Shown: positions 26,104 to 36,865 of the stretch, one piece after another
Position numbering within the stretch: the stretch's first letter is position 1
How the letters are laid out: each line of letters begins with the position of its first letter
IMG/VR virus record: IMGVR_UViG_651703002_000001
Span: 96,001-160,000 of that record
Length of the DNA: 64,000 nt
Reading direction: 5' to 3' (one strand)
Source: a virus
Taxonomy: Duplodnaviria; Caudoviricetes
Program-made: the position numbers and the translations under genes
The notes under the pieces: generated by a model
What the model was told of the DNA's origin: nothing
Database searches by the model: none
What the model saw: the letters and a program-made list of their open reading frames with translations, nothing else

Positions 26104-27164
26104 TGTGTTAAGTCCCTATGATTCAATTTAACTATTTCTGCTCTAACTACGTGGTTTGAACTTGTAGTATTTTCTCCAGAAACTGTTAAAAACACTTTAT
26201 ACCATTTATTGGTTGTTTGGTTATAAAAAGAACTACTATGTAATTCCATACTTCCACCATAAACACCATTATCTATTTCTGTATTTATTGTAGTTGCTAC
26301 CCAACCGGATTGATACCAAGAACGAATTCCGTTTGCACCACTTTGTATTGTATATTTTATATCATAAATTGCAGGAATTGTGGGATCTGTCAATTTAACA
26401 TTAAGGCTACTAGTGTTTCCAGTTCTTCTATTTAAAACTATAGTAAGACCTGAATCTCCAATTGGAAATGAATATGTTCCATTTAACGCAGGAGTTTGGA
26501 TTGTTCCCGAATAACTCCAATATGTTTGGGGTAGATATGGCAATAGTTTATTAAGGAGATTTCTTAGGTCTGTATCAGTAAGGGAATCCACATCAAATAC
26601 ACCAGACACTCCTTGTATTCCTTGGTCACCTTTATCTCCCTTGTCGCCCTGTATTCCTTGTATCCCTTGTATTCCTTGGTCACCTTTATCTCCCTTGTCG
26701 CCTTTATCACCTTTTGCCCCAACTGCCGACATTAATGCCCAATACACAGTATCTGTCGGTAATATTCCAGTTGATGATGTTATACAAAAATATGTAGCTC
26801 CTTCATAGGAAACTGCATCGTCATCAATGTATGCTACCAGCGGGTCATATATCCCTTTCCAGTTTAATCCAGATGGTCCAATAGGTCCTATATCCCCTTT
26901 ATCTCCCTTGTCGCCTTTATCTCCCTTCTCTCCCGGAACACCATCGAGCATTTCTTGGGTTATTCCTAAAATACCTCTAGCTTCCTCTGCGGTGTTTGAC
27001 TTAATTATAGATTTACCATAATCCGGAGAAGTTAATTTATCGGTGTCTAATGGGCTGGTAGATTTTAGTATAGAATCAAATTGAATTTTTGTTTCATCCA
27101 TTTCAACAAGATTCACCCCCTTAAAATCCCCACGACCATTATGACCAAATAACGGATCTGTCAT
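26100..27164 (-). CDS. Collagen-like fiber protein with carbohydrate-binding-like module
   Basis: Two Gly-X-Y tracts (GDK/GIQ repeats) flanking WKGIY..AY..DDAVSYEGATYFC..P....YW, a CBM5/12-like pattern. Confidence 0.75.
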   Translation of the reverse strand: MTDPLFGHNGRGDFKGVNLVEMDETKIQFDSILKSTSPLDTDKLTSPDYGKSIIKSNTAEEARGILGITQEMLDGVPGEKGDKGDKGDKGDIGPIGPSGLNWKGIYDPLVAYIDDDAVSYEGATYFCITSSTGILPTDTVYWALMSAVGAKGDKGDKGDKGDQGIQGIQGIQGDKGDKGDQGIQGVSGVFDVDSLTDTDLRNLLNKLLPYLPQTYWSYSGTIQTPALNGTYSFPIGDSGLTIVLNRRTGNTSSLNVKLTDPTIPAIYDIKYTIQSGANGIRSWYQSGWVATTINTEIDNGVYGGSMELHSSSFYNQTTNKWYKVFLTVSGENTTSSNHVVRAEIVKLNHRDLTQ

Positions 27165-27264
27165 TTTATTTTTCCTTCTTTGTAGTTGACTTCAACAAAA
27201 CCTTATGTTAACCTATAGCCAAAATAAAGTTTGAAATCATCATTTATATTTACGGGAGTTAAAA

Positions 27265-27636
27265 ATGAGTAAATTGCCTGAGTTTGTAAGTTTCAATAAA
27301 TCTGTTAAAATAGATGATATGACATTAATGTTACCAGTTAACACCCATAAATTTGATAAATTTGCGGTAACTATTAACGATAATGGATTGGTTGAATTGT
27401 GGCCTGAATCTTGTGTAGATGTGGGTATTTCTTACAACGAAAATATTGGATTTCATGTAAGTGCTAATCCAGATCATTATAGTTGGGATAGTGAAATTAT
27501 GGTTGGTCATATGTACGAAGATGATCCGGCTTCTGCCACATACCTTAATTGTATGTGGCAGTTTAAAAGAGAGGGTAGTTCAATTAAATTTATTTCAAAA
27601 GAATGCTTTACTTCTTACTCTGGTCGTGTAAAATAG
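27265..27636 (+). CDS. Hypothetical protein
   Basis: 123-aa ORF with GGGAG RBS. Confidence 0.7.
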   Translation: MSKLPEFVSFNKSVKIDDMTLMLPVNTHKFDKFAVTINDNGLVELWPESCVDVGISYNENIGFHVSANPDHYSWDSEIMVGHMYEDDPASATYLNCMWQFKREGSSIKFISKECFTSYSGRVK

Positions 27637-27662
27637 GTTTTAGACATTAAGGGAGAGACGAC

Positions 27663-28001
27663 ATGAAAACCATCCATTGTAAGCCTGAGTTTGTGGAATT
27701 CTATCACGGTTCGTGTACTCTCGGCCTTAAAGGAAATATGTTGCTTCCTCCTGAAATGACTGATACTATTTCTGAGAAGGGTAGAAAGAAGAATCTAGAT
27801 CGGGTATTCTTCACCAAGGATAAAGGTCTTGCTAAGGTATACGCAAGGCGGGCGGCTCGGTCTATTGGTGGGGAACCTACTTTGTTTCGAGTTGTTGCGC
27901 CGGTAGATACCGTGTTTATGTCAGAAACTCCGGGGGCGACTGTGTATCATGCCGCATGGGCATTCGTTGAAGAAATGCCTTTTGGTAAATTGAGCGACTA
28001 A
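27663..28001 (+). CDS. Small ADP-ribosyltransferase, Arr-like fold
   Basis: FYHGS...G..LLPP...RVFFT.....A..YA......G.P.LFRV pattern. Confidence 0.6.
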   Translation: MKTIHCKPEFVEFYHGSCTLGLKGNMLLPPEMTDTISEKGRKKNLDRVFFTKDKGLAKVYARRAARSIGGEPTLFRVVAPVDTVFMSETPGATVYHAAWAFVEEMPFGKLSD

Positions 28002-28011
28002 GGAAATTATT

Positions 28012-30351
28012 ATGAATTTTAAACTTGACGACTCTAATCTTGTTATCAATCACCTTTTTCTCAACCAATCTCAAGAAATCCTAGAGAAAATCCGAGAAAC
28101 CCGTAGTAAAGATGTAATTGATGAACCATTTAAACTTACCATCATGATCAATGGTGTTGAGATTGAACATGTAGATTCATATGAAAACTTTATGAAATAT
28201 CAATATGAAGTTATGGAAAACCGACTTAAACAGGAATATAACGTTGATGCGTTTGATATGCGGGTGAGGGATGCTGCGGAAAAGATCATCAAGGATAAGT
28301 TTGGTGATTTGATGGACAAGATGTATGATTTTGAACGTTCTGTTGATTTTGGAAACTCTGTAATAGAAACCGAATGGGGTATGTAATATGAAACTTGATT
28401 CTGGATTTTTCGAAAAAGTAAAGTACACAAACCGTTATGATGTTAAACATTTTCGTACATTTGATAATGAAGTGTTGTACGTTTGGGAAAAACATTCTAC
28501 CAATGAAGATCCGGTAATTGAGTTGGTTATGGTTGATGATGAAGTCTTTATGACCGGTAGATATTTTGACCAATACGATTATGATGATTTTATCTATAAT
28601 ATAGAAAAAGATTGCATTCCTGACCCATTCTGGTAATATCTATCACGTAGACAACAAAACAGAGGAAGTAATCATGAAAGTAGGCTCAATGGTTCAGATC
28701 AACGTAAATAACTTTACTGGTGAAAATGACCACGAAAATCCGTTTGGTATTGTCGGTGAGGTTATCGATCATAGTCCTGAAATCTGGACAAAAGTTGAAT
28801 GGCCTAATGGTGTCATAAGTTATTACGATGAGGATGAACTGATTTGTCTTGACTATCAGGAAGAAACCAAAATTCCAACAGTTGTTCAACCAGAAACCGG
28901 ATTTAATCCAGTGTTTGTTGCTCGCGTCATTGCAAAAATTGACGAATATCATAAAACCTATCTGGTAGAACATCCACATGATTGGGATTGTTGTGGATTT
29001 GCTTCTGTATCCATTGAGTTTGGTCGCAAACGTAAGATGAAGGAACAGGTTCAAGCTCTTGGTTTTAATATCGCTTATAAAAGTGGAACCGATTCAATTA
29101 TGGATCCCACGTTTCGAATTCCCTCTTGTGGTCATCAGTCGTTGACTTACAAGGAAGAAATCACCAAGATTATTTGTGAAGAAATTAACAATGTAGTTGG
29201 TGAAAAAATTGCCCGTGTATCATCTTATATGGATTAAAATGAGGAAAAATAAATGAAAGTAGGTGTTTTTGTTTTTAAGAGTCCGTATTTCGTGGATAAA
29301 TTTATTAAGTCTGCGGAAAACCGAGATTTTATTTTGAATGTGTATATGAACCATGAAGCTGACGGTTCAATCGAACTACACGCTTCAACTACCGCGCTAA
29401 GGTATGCAGATCGAGATGGATACCTTAGTCGATTTATTGTAAATGGTGTAGAGAAGATTGACGAAATCAATTCAATTGATGTTTCTGATTTTGGTGAATA
29501 TTTCGAATGGGTCCGTGATTATGACGTGGAAGACCCAGAAGAAGATACCCCGATTGATGAAGATGTATTGTATTCTGCCATCATGAAGGATCTTTACGTT
29601 CCAGAACCGCAAAAAGAACCAGAAGATGATTTTACAAAAGATCTGTATGGTATGAGTATGTCTGGGGAATTGAAACTGACTGGGCTTCCTAAACCCGTTG
29701 AGCATATCAAAATTGATAATATTGAGATTCTTGATTTGGTATCAAATGTAATGGAAGGTGTTTCCAAATACGAAATGACTATTTCCAAAGACTCGGAAGG
29801 TAAACAATGTTTTCAACTGAAAATCGAATGGTAGTAGAAGGGCGGTATCAATTCCGCTCATTAGAATCTCGTCATGCATATAGAAATAGTTGTGAAAGCA
29901 ACCGTTTCAATTATGAGCTGATGAAAGATGGATTTCGTGTATTTCATACTGACGAAGATGATAACGTTATTGCGATCTGTTCCATTGATGATGTTCTTGG
30001 TGAAAGACCATATTATCGCAATGATGGAACGGTTTATATTAATAATGTTGAGAGTGTCCATTTTTATAGGATCCACGAATGACAGTAAAAGACATTAAAT
30101 ACCTTGCTAGATCTTTTGGTACATCTGGGGAATTGATCCTGAATAATGCCAAATATCTAGGGTTTAATGATTGGGCATATGACTTTGTGACACTTGATGA
30201 ATCTAAAATTGAATTGGATACAAATATAGTTAAATTTTATTTTATATCTGGTTCAACTACGTATATCCATCCTGTGAATCTAACAACCTTGAATTATTCT
30301 CCCGATTGGGTTATCGGTGAGTTTTATAAGGAAATTTATTGTGAAAATTAA
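28012..30351 (+). CDS. Six tightly packed hypothetical ORFs (28012-28386, 28388-28636, 28674-29237, 29253-29834, 29807-30082, 30079-30351)
   Basis: Co-oriented, abutting or overlapping starts and stops, RBSs present; no motif recognised. Confidence 0.7.
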
Positions 30352-30832
30352 ATATATTTCTGGGGATATGATCGATATGATGAAAGACCCAGAACAGCTT
30401 AAAATCCCTACGATCTTTGTACATGGATGTAATTGTCATCTTGCTATGAAATCCGGTATTGCAGGCGGAATATCTATTCATTTTCCAGAAGCGGTACAGG
30501 CTGATGAATGGTATTACAAGTATTTCAAAGATAATATGGATATGTTGGGGAATTATAGTTATATAAACCTCTCTGAGGGTGTAAGTGTAAGTAAACTATG
30601 CAACCTATACACGCAATACTTTCCGGGGGCGGATCTTCGTCTCGATGCACTTGAAGACACATTTAGAAACATCGCCGAAGATTATGGATATGAAGGATAT
30701 CGATTGGTATTCCCTAAAATAGGCGCGGGTGTAGCCGGTGGAGATTGGGAAGTTATCTCACGTATAATTGAAAATACAATTGATGATGGTGATTTTACCG
30801 AAATTATTTGTGTAGAATGGAATAAAAAATAA
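30341..30832 (+). CDS. Macrodomain protein (T4 Tk.4-like ADP-ribose hydrolase)
   Basis: VHGCNCHLAMKSGIA, NLYTQ, FPKIGAGVAGGDW. Confidence 0.88.
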   Translation: MKIKYISGDMIDMMKDPEQLKIPTIFVHGCNCHLAMKSGIAGGISIHFPEAVQADEWYYKYFKDNMDMLGNYSYINLSEGVSVSKLCNLYTQYFPGADLRLDALEDTFRNIAEDYGYEGYRLVFPKIGAGVAGGDWEVISRIIENTIDDGDFTEIICVEWNKK

Positions 30833-30838
30833 TCTCCT

Positions 30839-30870
30839 AAGCCTCTCCCTAAATATGGGTGAGGCTTTTT
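30839..30870 (+). promoter_or_regulatory. Terminator hairpin with a late promoter in its loop
   Basis: AAGCCTC...GAGGCTTTT enclosing CTAAATA at 30849-30855. Confidence 0.65.
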
Positions 30871-30888
30871 CGTTATGGGAGAATATAA

Positions 30889-31266
30889 ATGATAAAACTC
30901 AAAATATTTGCAGTTCTGGCGCTAATTGTTGCTATCGGCGGATCTGCTTGGTATATGACAAACAAGATAGAGTCGCAAGGGATCGTCATTGGTGAACTAA
31001 CCCAGACATTGGAAACAACCACAACCCGTTTAAACGCCCTAGAAACGAGTATAAGCGATTTCAAATTACAGTCTGGTGAGTATAGCAAGATTGAACAGGA
31101 ATCCAACAGAGAGCTTTCCAAGCGCATTAACACCCTTGAAGTTAATGCACGTAGAGGGCAGGTAGCTATAGATAAAAAGCCTAAGCTTGTAGAGAAGTTG
31201 ATCCAGAAAGACTATACAGAATTCAGCAAAAGAATGGATTGTATTACCATGGGGGAATGTAAATGA
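30889..31266 (+). CDS. Inner-membrane spanin (PseT.3/Rz-like)
   Basis: N-terminal TM, coiled coil, KPKLVEKLI motif, overlaps the lipoprotein gene. Confidence 0.8.
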   Translation: MIKLKIFAVLALIVAIGGSAWYMTNKIESQGIVIGELTQTLETTTTRLNALETSISDFKLQSGEYSKIEQESNRELSKRINTLEVNARRGQVAIDKKPKLVEKLIQKDYTEFSKRMDCITMGECK

Positions 31267-31559
31267 GAATTTTCCTTATTTGTTTGATGGTGTGTGTATT
31301 GGTGGCATGTTCTTCAAAGCCGATACCAGAAACTAAATTAACATTTCATCCAAATCGACCGGTGGCGGTTAAAACGTATGTTCCTAAATGGACTGTTGTC
31401 AAAGAGGGTGATACGACATTTGTTGGTATGACTTACGAAGAAAGTCTAAGATATAGAGCATGGTTGGAAAAGATTGGAGTTTACATAGACTCTCAAAATC
31501 GAATGTTATGTAGTTATAGAAAAGAATTAAAAGAACCGCAATGTATAAAGGCTCCTTAA
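31263..31559 (+). CDS. Outer-membrane spanin lipoprotein (PseT.2/Rz1-like)
   Basis: Lipobox LVAC, Pro-rich linker, LCSYRKELKEPQC. Confidence 0.85.
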   Translation: MRIFLICLMVCVLVACSSKPIPETKLTFHPNRPVAVKTYVPKWTVVKEGDTTFVGMTYEESLRYRAWLEKIGVYIDSQNRMLCSYRKELKEPQCIKAP

Positions 31560-31622
31560 TGGAGCCTTTTTTAATACCTAAATAATAAGGTAATAACAAA
31601 ACAATTTTTCGAGGAAACGAAG

Positions 31623-34600
31623 ATGGCAGAATTGAAGAGTTCATCTACTGCTGGGGGTAGTCTTGTTTGGACACAAACAAACTTACCGGTATCCCCTCAA
31701 GATGGGAAAATATTCTACAAGGATATGGAGTTGGTAGATAGCAAAAATAATCAGACTATCGCCGGAAAAAAAGATTTTACTACAGGGGCTACTGTTCCTA
31801 CTCCTGTATTAGCTAATGACGCTACAAATAAATCATATGTGGATGGTAAGGATTCCACATCAGTTAAATCCGTTCGCGGAACCGCCCCTATTAGAGTAAC
31901 TACAGGAGTTAACCCGACTGTATCTATTGATGCAGCAACCCCAACGGCTTCTGGTTCTATGAGCGCGGGTGATAAAGCTAAATTAGACAATCATCCATTT
32001 AACGTAGTTAATAAAGATGGAGATACAGTAAACGGTAATTTGGCTACTACCGGCAATTTCTCTGCACAAGGGAAGATTACCTCAACTGCTAACGCCGGTA
32101 TTGAAAATATGGACGATGTATATGCACAACGCATGGTATTATCTGGTTCACAAGGATATTTTCAAGCTGGTAAAAAAGATAGAGATGTTAACGACCAAAA
32201 GATGGTATTTTCTGGCTGGTTTGGTACACCACTATCACAATATAGAATCAGTATGGCTACTGGGATTCAACCCCAAGTTCTTCAGGGCGGTGTAAACTAT
32301 GATATTCTTCATCGTGGGAATATGCCAACTCCTGAAGATATTAAAGCAATGGCTATTTATGATCGCCCAACTGGTGATGATTGTAATAACGCAATATTAC
32401 CCGGTAACTATGGTATCTTTGCTAATACAGCAAACACTCCTTTCGGGATAGGACCTAGCGGTTCTACTCTGCTTGTAACTCGTTGGGGAAATGGCGCTAA
32501 CTCTCAGATATTCTTTCCATACGGATCGGATAGAGTGTTTGTTCGTCGTCAACATATTAGTGTTTGGCAGCCTTGGTTTGAGTTGTATTCAACTTCTAAC
32601 AAGCAACCTGTTGGTGGTATGGGTCTTGGTGTTGGTGATGCACCGAACGCTCTGACAATCACAGGTAACGTTCGTGATTTCAACTTGGCTAAGATTAACG
32701 GTACTTTTACTATTGAAGGTTCCTGGGCAAATGGAGTTAATAACACTGCTAACGCTGAGGGTCATGCAGGTATATTGCAAATATCTCAACGTTCTATTGA
32801 TAATCTAACAGTTCAAAAATATACGACTTGGTTAACAGGTCAAGGTGTAAATCACCATAGAGAGTTTACCCGTATATGGATTAATGATACTGAGGGTTGG
32901 AATAACTGGTTACCTTCCGGTACTTGGGAATCTGTGAACACATACAGAACTGGGATACTTCGTCTTAATAACCAAACTAATGATGACTCTGTATACCCTT
33001 ATGTGTCTTATACCAAAGAGAAGTATCGCGATACTATCGCTCCGGGGACTTATTATACCGTAGGTGAAATATCATTCCGTGCAGGATCTTCTAATAGATA
33101 CGATCCGCACTCAGGGGATCAATTATCCAGAATATTGGGAATGGTAACGAATACCGCCACGGCTGGGGAATATGATGGATCCTTGTTCTTAGCTTCCAGA
33201 CTTCGTAGAACTGATGGAACCGTTGCAGATAGTTCTACTCTTGCTATTAACCGAGACTTGGGTGTTGAATTTACTCATGCTGCCAAAAAAGTACAGATTA
33301 ATACTGGTAGAGTTACTGCTGATGAATTTTTCCAAAATACCGCACAAAGTAGTTTGGCAAACAGTTCAACCCGTAAAGATTATGTAGATGCAGAAGTAGC
33401 GACTAAGGTTTCTAAGGCTGGTGATACCATGACAGGATCCCTAACCTTACCTACTGCAAAACCCCTTTACTTTGGTGCTGGTAATAATACTTATCTAACC
33501 CGCTCAGGTGACGATCTGTTTGTTGCTGCAATTGCGGGTACAACCGGTAAAGTCGTTATAGAGGGTAAAGTTAATCCACAAGTTCGTATAGGTACTTCCA
33601 ATTATAATATATACCATGCTGGTAATAAACCAACTTCAACTGAATTGGGTGTAGTTAATATTGCTGGTGATGTTATGACTGGTAACCTTATTGTGGATGT
33701 AGGAACTACTGCTGAACCACAAGTGGGTGTTAGAAGATCTGGACGTAGATTATATATGGCTGATAACGGAGTTACCGTAGGCTTGTATAATATAATTGGC
33801 GGATCGTTCATAAATACCTTTATGATTTCCCGAAACATAAATGATGGTAATATTACTGTGGGTTCTGACAGTAATAACACAATTATTCGTGGTGCTGGTA
33901 ATCTTAAACATGGTACTGCGGATATATATACAACCTCTAATAAGCCATCTCCTGCTGATATTGGTACTCTAACAACCGCCCAAATAAATGCGGAATTAGC
34001 AAAGCAAGTTAGTAAAACTGGCGATACCATGAGTGGGGCATTAACTACTACTCAAGTAAATGCAACTAATAACTATGCGTTTGTATCAAGTATAGCACAA
34101 ACCCACGGTATGTATCTTGGTAATACTGCTTCCGATAAGAGATTGATTCTTGGTGGTGGTAATCCAACTATTGGTGCGGTTCATATTCGTCCACACGGTA
34201 TAGGTGTTGAAACTAGTCAAACCATATTCAATACTGACGGAACAATTACCAACGGTGCAACTCCAACAGAACCCGGTCATTTGACTAATAAGGTTTATGT
34301 GGATGGTCAAATATCGCAACAGGTATCTAAATCTGGCGATACCATGACTGGTCAACTGTTAATACAAACTGCAAATAATGCACCAATACAGTTGAAGAGT
34401 ACCACTGCTGGGGTTGTTACACCTCAATATATAGTAGCTAACGACTCTACTGGTGCGCAACGTTGGTATATAGGACAAGCTAGTGCGAATTCCCCTGATG
34501 TACTTTTGTATAGCACCGGAAACGGAACTTACCTTCGTCTTGAATCAAACCAAGTATCATTCAACAAAAACCCAATATCAACAGCGTTACAGGGTACTGC

Positions 34601-35483
34601 TGCCGGTTCTCTGGTTCGCCGAGATTTTCTTGAGAGTTCATTGTCGATTCAAACGCCGAATAATGCTATCAAAATTCCTGTTGCCAACTTAAATGACTAT
34701 CAAACACCCGGATATTACTATCAGGATTCCAACGCAAATGCGGTTTCTGGAAGTAACTACCCAACACCTCAAGCCGGTGCTTTGGTAGTTACTAAAGCGG
34801 CTGGTGTAATCCAAGAATATACTATTTACGGAACCGGTGCTCGTTATGTTCGAGCGTTTTATACCAACGTTTGGTCATCATGGGCACTCGTATATGATTC
34901 AACTCGTCCACCCGGAGCTACGGCGGTAGGAGCACTTCCGATAGCCGGTGGTACTCTAACTGGCGGTTATTTGCAAATACGGGGTAGTTCAAACCCTATG
35001 CTGGAATTACACCAGCCGGGTCAAGCTGCCGCTGTGATGTATTTGACACCAACCGGTCAATTTAGACTGGGTTCAGGAAACGGGGCGGGTGGTGAAACTA
35101 ATGTTCGTATGACTGTTGAGCCAAACGGTAATGTGTATTCCGCTGGGTCTATAACAAGTGCGGGATATATGTTAGAAGGTGGTGCTCGTGTTTATTCTCC
35201 GAATAACCCACAACCGAGTCTAACACCAACCCAAATCGGTAACGCTTTGGCGAGTATGTCTTATGACGCGGTTGGTCAATATGCAATGCTCTTGCTGTAT
35301 GTTGATAAAGGTAATTGGTTGGTTCCCGGTACTGTGGTTCCCGGTTCACAACTACGTTATTCAACTGCGGAAGGTAAAGATCCGGGCGGCGCACCTCCGG
35401 GAAACTGGAGACTGCATGGACGTACAAATCAGGGCGGTCAATGGGGTGGTCGGAACGTTTCTTTGTGGCAACGTGTTAGCTAA
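31623..35483 (+). CDS. 36: Long tail fiber protein with gp36-type N terminus (1286 aa)
   Basis: MAELKSSSTAGGSLVWTQTNLP resembles the T4 gp36 start; repeated VSKxGDTMTG, YxxxNKP and TNKxYVD fiber motifs and knob-like domains; CTAAATA at 31578. Confidence 0.85.
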   Translation: MAELKSSSTAGGSLVWTQTNLPVSPQDGKIFYKDMELVDSKNNQTIAGKKDFTTGATVPTPVLANDATNKSYVDGKDSTSVKSVRGTAPIRVTTGVNPTVSIDAATPTASGSMSAGDKAKLDNHPFNVVNKDGDTVNGNLATTGNFSAQGKITSTANAGIENMDDVYAQRMVLSGSQGYFQAGKKDRDVNDQKMVFSGWFGTPLSQYRISMATGIQPQVLQGGVNYDILHRGNMPTPEDIKAMAIYDRPTGDDCNNAILPGNYGIFANTANTPFGIGPSGSTLLVTRWGNGANSQIFFPYGSDRVFVRRQHISVWQPWFELYSTSNKQPVGGMGLGVGDAPNALTITGNVRDFNLAKINGTFTIEGSWANGVNNTANAEGHAGILQISQRSIDNLTVQKYTTWLTGQGVNHHREFTRIWINDTEGWNNWLPSGTWESVNTYRTGILRLNNQTNDDSVYPYVSYTKEKYRDTIAPGTYYTVGEISFRAGSSNRYDPHSGDQLSRILGMVTNTATAGEYDGSLFLASRLRRTDGTVADSSTLAINRDLGVEFTHAAKKVQINTGRVTADEFFQNTAQSSLANSSTRKDYVDAEVATKVSKAGDTMTGSLTLPTAKPLYFGAGNNTYLTRSGDDLFVAAIAGTTGKVVIEGKVNPQVRIGTSNYNIYHAGNKPTSTELGVVNIAGDVMTGNLIVDVGTTAEPQVGVRRSGRRLYMADNGVTVGLYNIIGGSFINTFMISRNINDGNITVGSDSNNTIIRGAGNLKHGTADIYTTSNKPSPADIGTLTTAQINAELAKQVSKTGDTMSGALTTTQVNATNNYAFVSSIAQTHGMYLGNTASDKRLILGGGNPTIGAVHIRPHGIGVETSQTIFNTDGTITNGATPTEPGHLTNKVYVDGQISQQVSKSGDTMTGQLLIQTANNAPIQLKSTTAGVVTPQYIVANDSTGAQRWYIGQASANSPDVLLYSTGNGTYLRLESNQVSFNKNPISTALQGTAAGSLVRRDFLESSLSIQTPNNAIKIPVANLNDYQTPGYYYQDSNANAVSGSNYPTPQAGALVVTKAAGVIQEYTIYGTGARYVRAFYTNVWSSWALVYDSTRPPGATAVGALPIAGGTLTGGYLQIRGSSNPMLELHQPGQAAAVMYLTPTGQFRLGSGNGAGGETNVRMTVEPNGNVYSAGSITSAGYMLEGGARVYSPNNPQPSLTPTQIGNALASMSYDAVGQYAMLLLYVDKGNWLVPGTVVPGSQLRYSTAEGKDPGGAPPGNWRLHGRTNQGGQWGGRNVSLWQRVS

Positions 35484-35524
35484 TAAATGGGGCTTAATGC
35501 CCCATTATAATTATAGAGGTTTAT

Positions 35525-36025
35525 ATGTTAGAAAAAATGTTGAAATTCGATGAAGGATCTAAATTAACCGTATATTGGGATACTGAAGGGTATCCAACTA
35601 TAGGAATTGGGCATCTTATATTGAAATTAAAAACGAAAGATATGGGAACCATAAATCGGGAACTTAGTTCCCATGTTGGTAGAACTATAATGAACGGTAC
35701 TATAACCGATTCAGAGCAGAGTATGTTATTTGCTAAGGATTTGGATACGGTACGAGCTTCTATGAAGCGATACGAAGATCTGTGGGGTACTTATGTTGGT
35801 TTAGATGAGGTTCGTAAGACCGCACTCGAAAATATGGTATTCCAGATGGGAGCTAAAGGAGTAAATGGATTTCCTTCTATGTTGCGAGCCCTAAGAAATA
35901 AAGATTGGGCGGGTGCAAAGAAGCATGGTTTAGCTAGTGCTTGGGCAAAACAAACCCCAAATCGAGCTAAACGAGTTACTGATGTAATAGAGACAGGAAC
36001 CTATAAGGGTTATCCTTTCGCGTAA
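35525..36025 (+). CDS. e: T4-type lysozyme (endolysin)
   Basis: DEG...YWDTEGYPTIGIGHL catalytic E/D/T; NMVFQMG; WAKQTPNRAKRV. Confidence 0.95.
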   Translation: MLEKMLKFDEGSKLTVYWDTEGYPTIGIGHLILKLKTKDMGTINRELSSHVGRTIMNGTITDSEQSMLFAKDLDTVRASMKRYEDLWGTYVGLDEVRKTALENMVFQMGAKGVNGFPSMLRALRNKDWAGAKKHGLASAWAKQTPNRAKRVTDVIETGTYKGYPFA

Positions 36026-36029
36026 AACA

Positions 36030-36063
36030 AAAAAGCCTACCCCGTTATGGAGTAGGCTTTTTT
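36030..36063. terminator. Bidirectional terminator at the late/early strand switch
   Basis: AAAAAAGCCTAC...GTAGGCTTTTTT. Confidence 0.85.
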
Positions 36064-36064
36064 G

Positions 36065-36358
36065 TTAACTTTCTAGTTCCAAATCTGGATGTTGGGATAT
36101 CATACAATCAATCATATCGTAAATTCGGCCAGCGTCAAATTCTTCGAATATCTCTTTAATTTGGGAAGGTTTAAGGCTTTTCACCATAACACGAAAGTTC
36201 TGAATAGTTAAAGGTTTTCCTGATGGGGTTGTAAATCCTGCCGTTGATAGGAAATCTATAAAACCTCGCTGAGTATCTAGAATGTCGTCTCTACCAAATT
36301 TGATTAGAATCGATGCAGTTGCCACAATATCTTTAAGGACTTCAATCTTATTGCTCAT
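36065..36358 (-). CDS. asiA: Anti-sigma70 protein AsiA
   Basis: IVATASILIKFGRDDILD...FIDFL..GF..PSGKPLT matches T4 AsiA. Confidence 0.9.
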   Translation of the reverse strand: MSNKIEVLKDIVATASILIKFGRDDILDTQRGFIDFLSTAGFTTPSGKPLTIQNFRVMVKSLKPSQIKEIFEEFDAGRIYDMIDCMISQHPDLELES

Positions 36359-36382
36359 AAAATTCTCTTATTATAATTTTTG

Positions 36383-36864
36383 TTATTCTTGAATTAGTTC
36401 TAAAACGTCATCCCATGTATTATCTTCATCTTTAGGAACTATCCCAAATCCCCATTCATCATGTTGTAATTTCATTCCATCCCAGAATAGATCTTTAGAC
36501 TGAAACTCACAAAGATCTCCTATAATTTCATAATTAGTACATTCTATAATATCACCAATTGAGTTTCCGCGATGGGATTTATCAAGTTCACCAATAATTT
36601 TATATTTACAGCCTATCATGGGATAGTTCATAGTTTATATCCTTCATCACGTAGAGTGATTGTTGTTAGTTCACGGGCATCGCCCATAAATCGAATTGAT
36701 GTACCATCAGACAATTTCACCAGACTGATAATATTGTCGTTGAATTTATTATCTTGAAGAAAAGAGTCTACAGGGTGCATTGAGTAATCTTTAAGATTTA
36801 CCGTAACTTGACGACCATCACACACACCTTGAACGATACCGCCACCAAACAGAATCTGTTTCAT
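36383..36864 (-). CDS. Two small hypothetical ORFs (36383-36631; 36628-36864)
   Basis: Overlapping start/stop, co-oriented with asiA. Confidence 0.65.
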
Positions 36865-36865
36865 A

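Noticed and set aside
26610-26935. Tandem nucleotide repeats as a possible CRISPR array or VNTR
   Set aside because: They are 9-nt units encoding collagen GDK/GIQ triplets, with no unique spacers.
33400-34350. Repeated GG(T/C)GATACCATGA segments as possible DGR template/variable repeats
   Set aside because: They encode recurring KxGDTMTG fiber motifs; no reverse transcriptase or adenine-specific variation seen.
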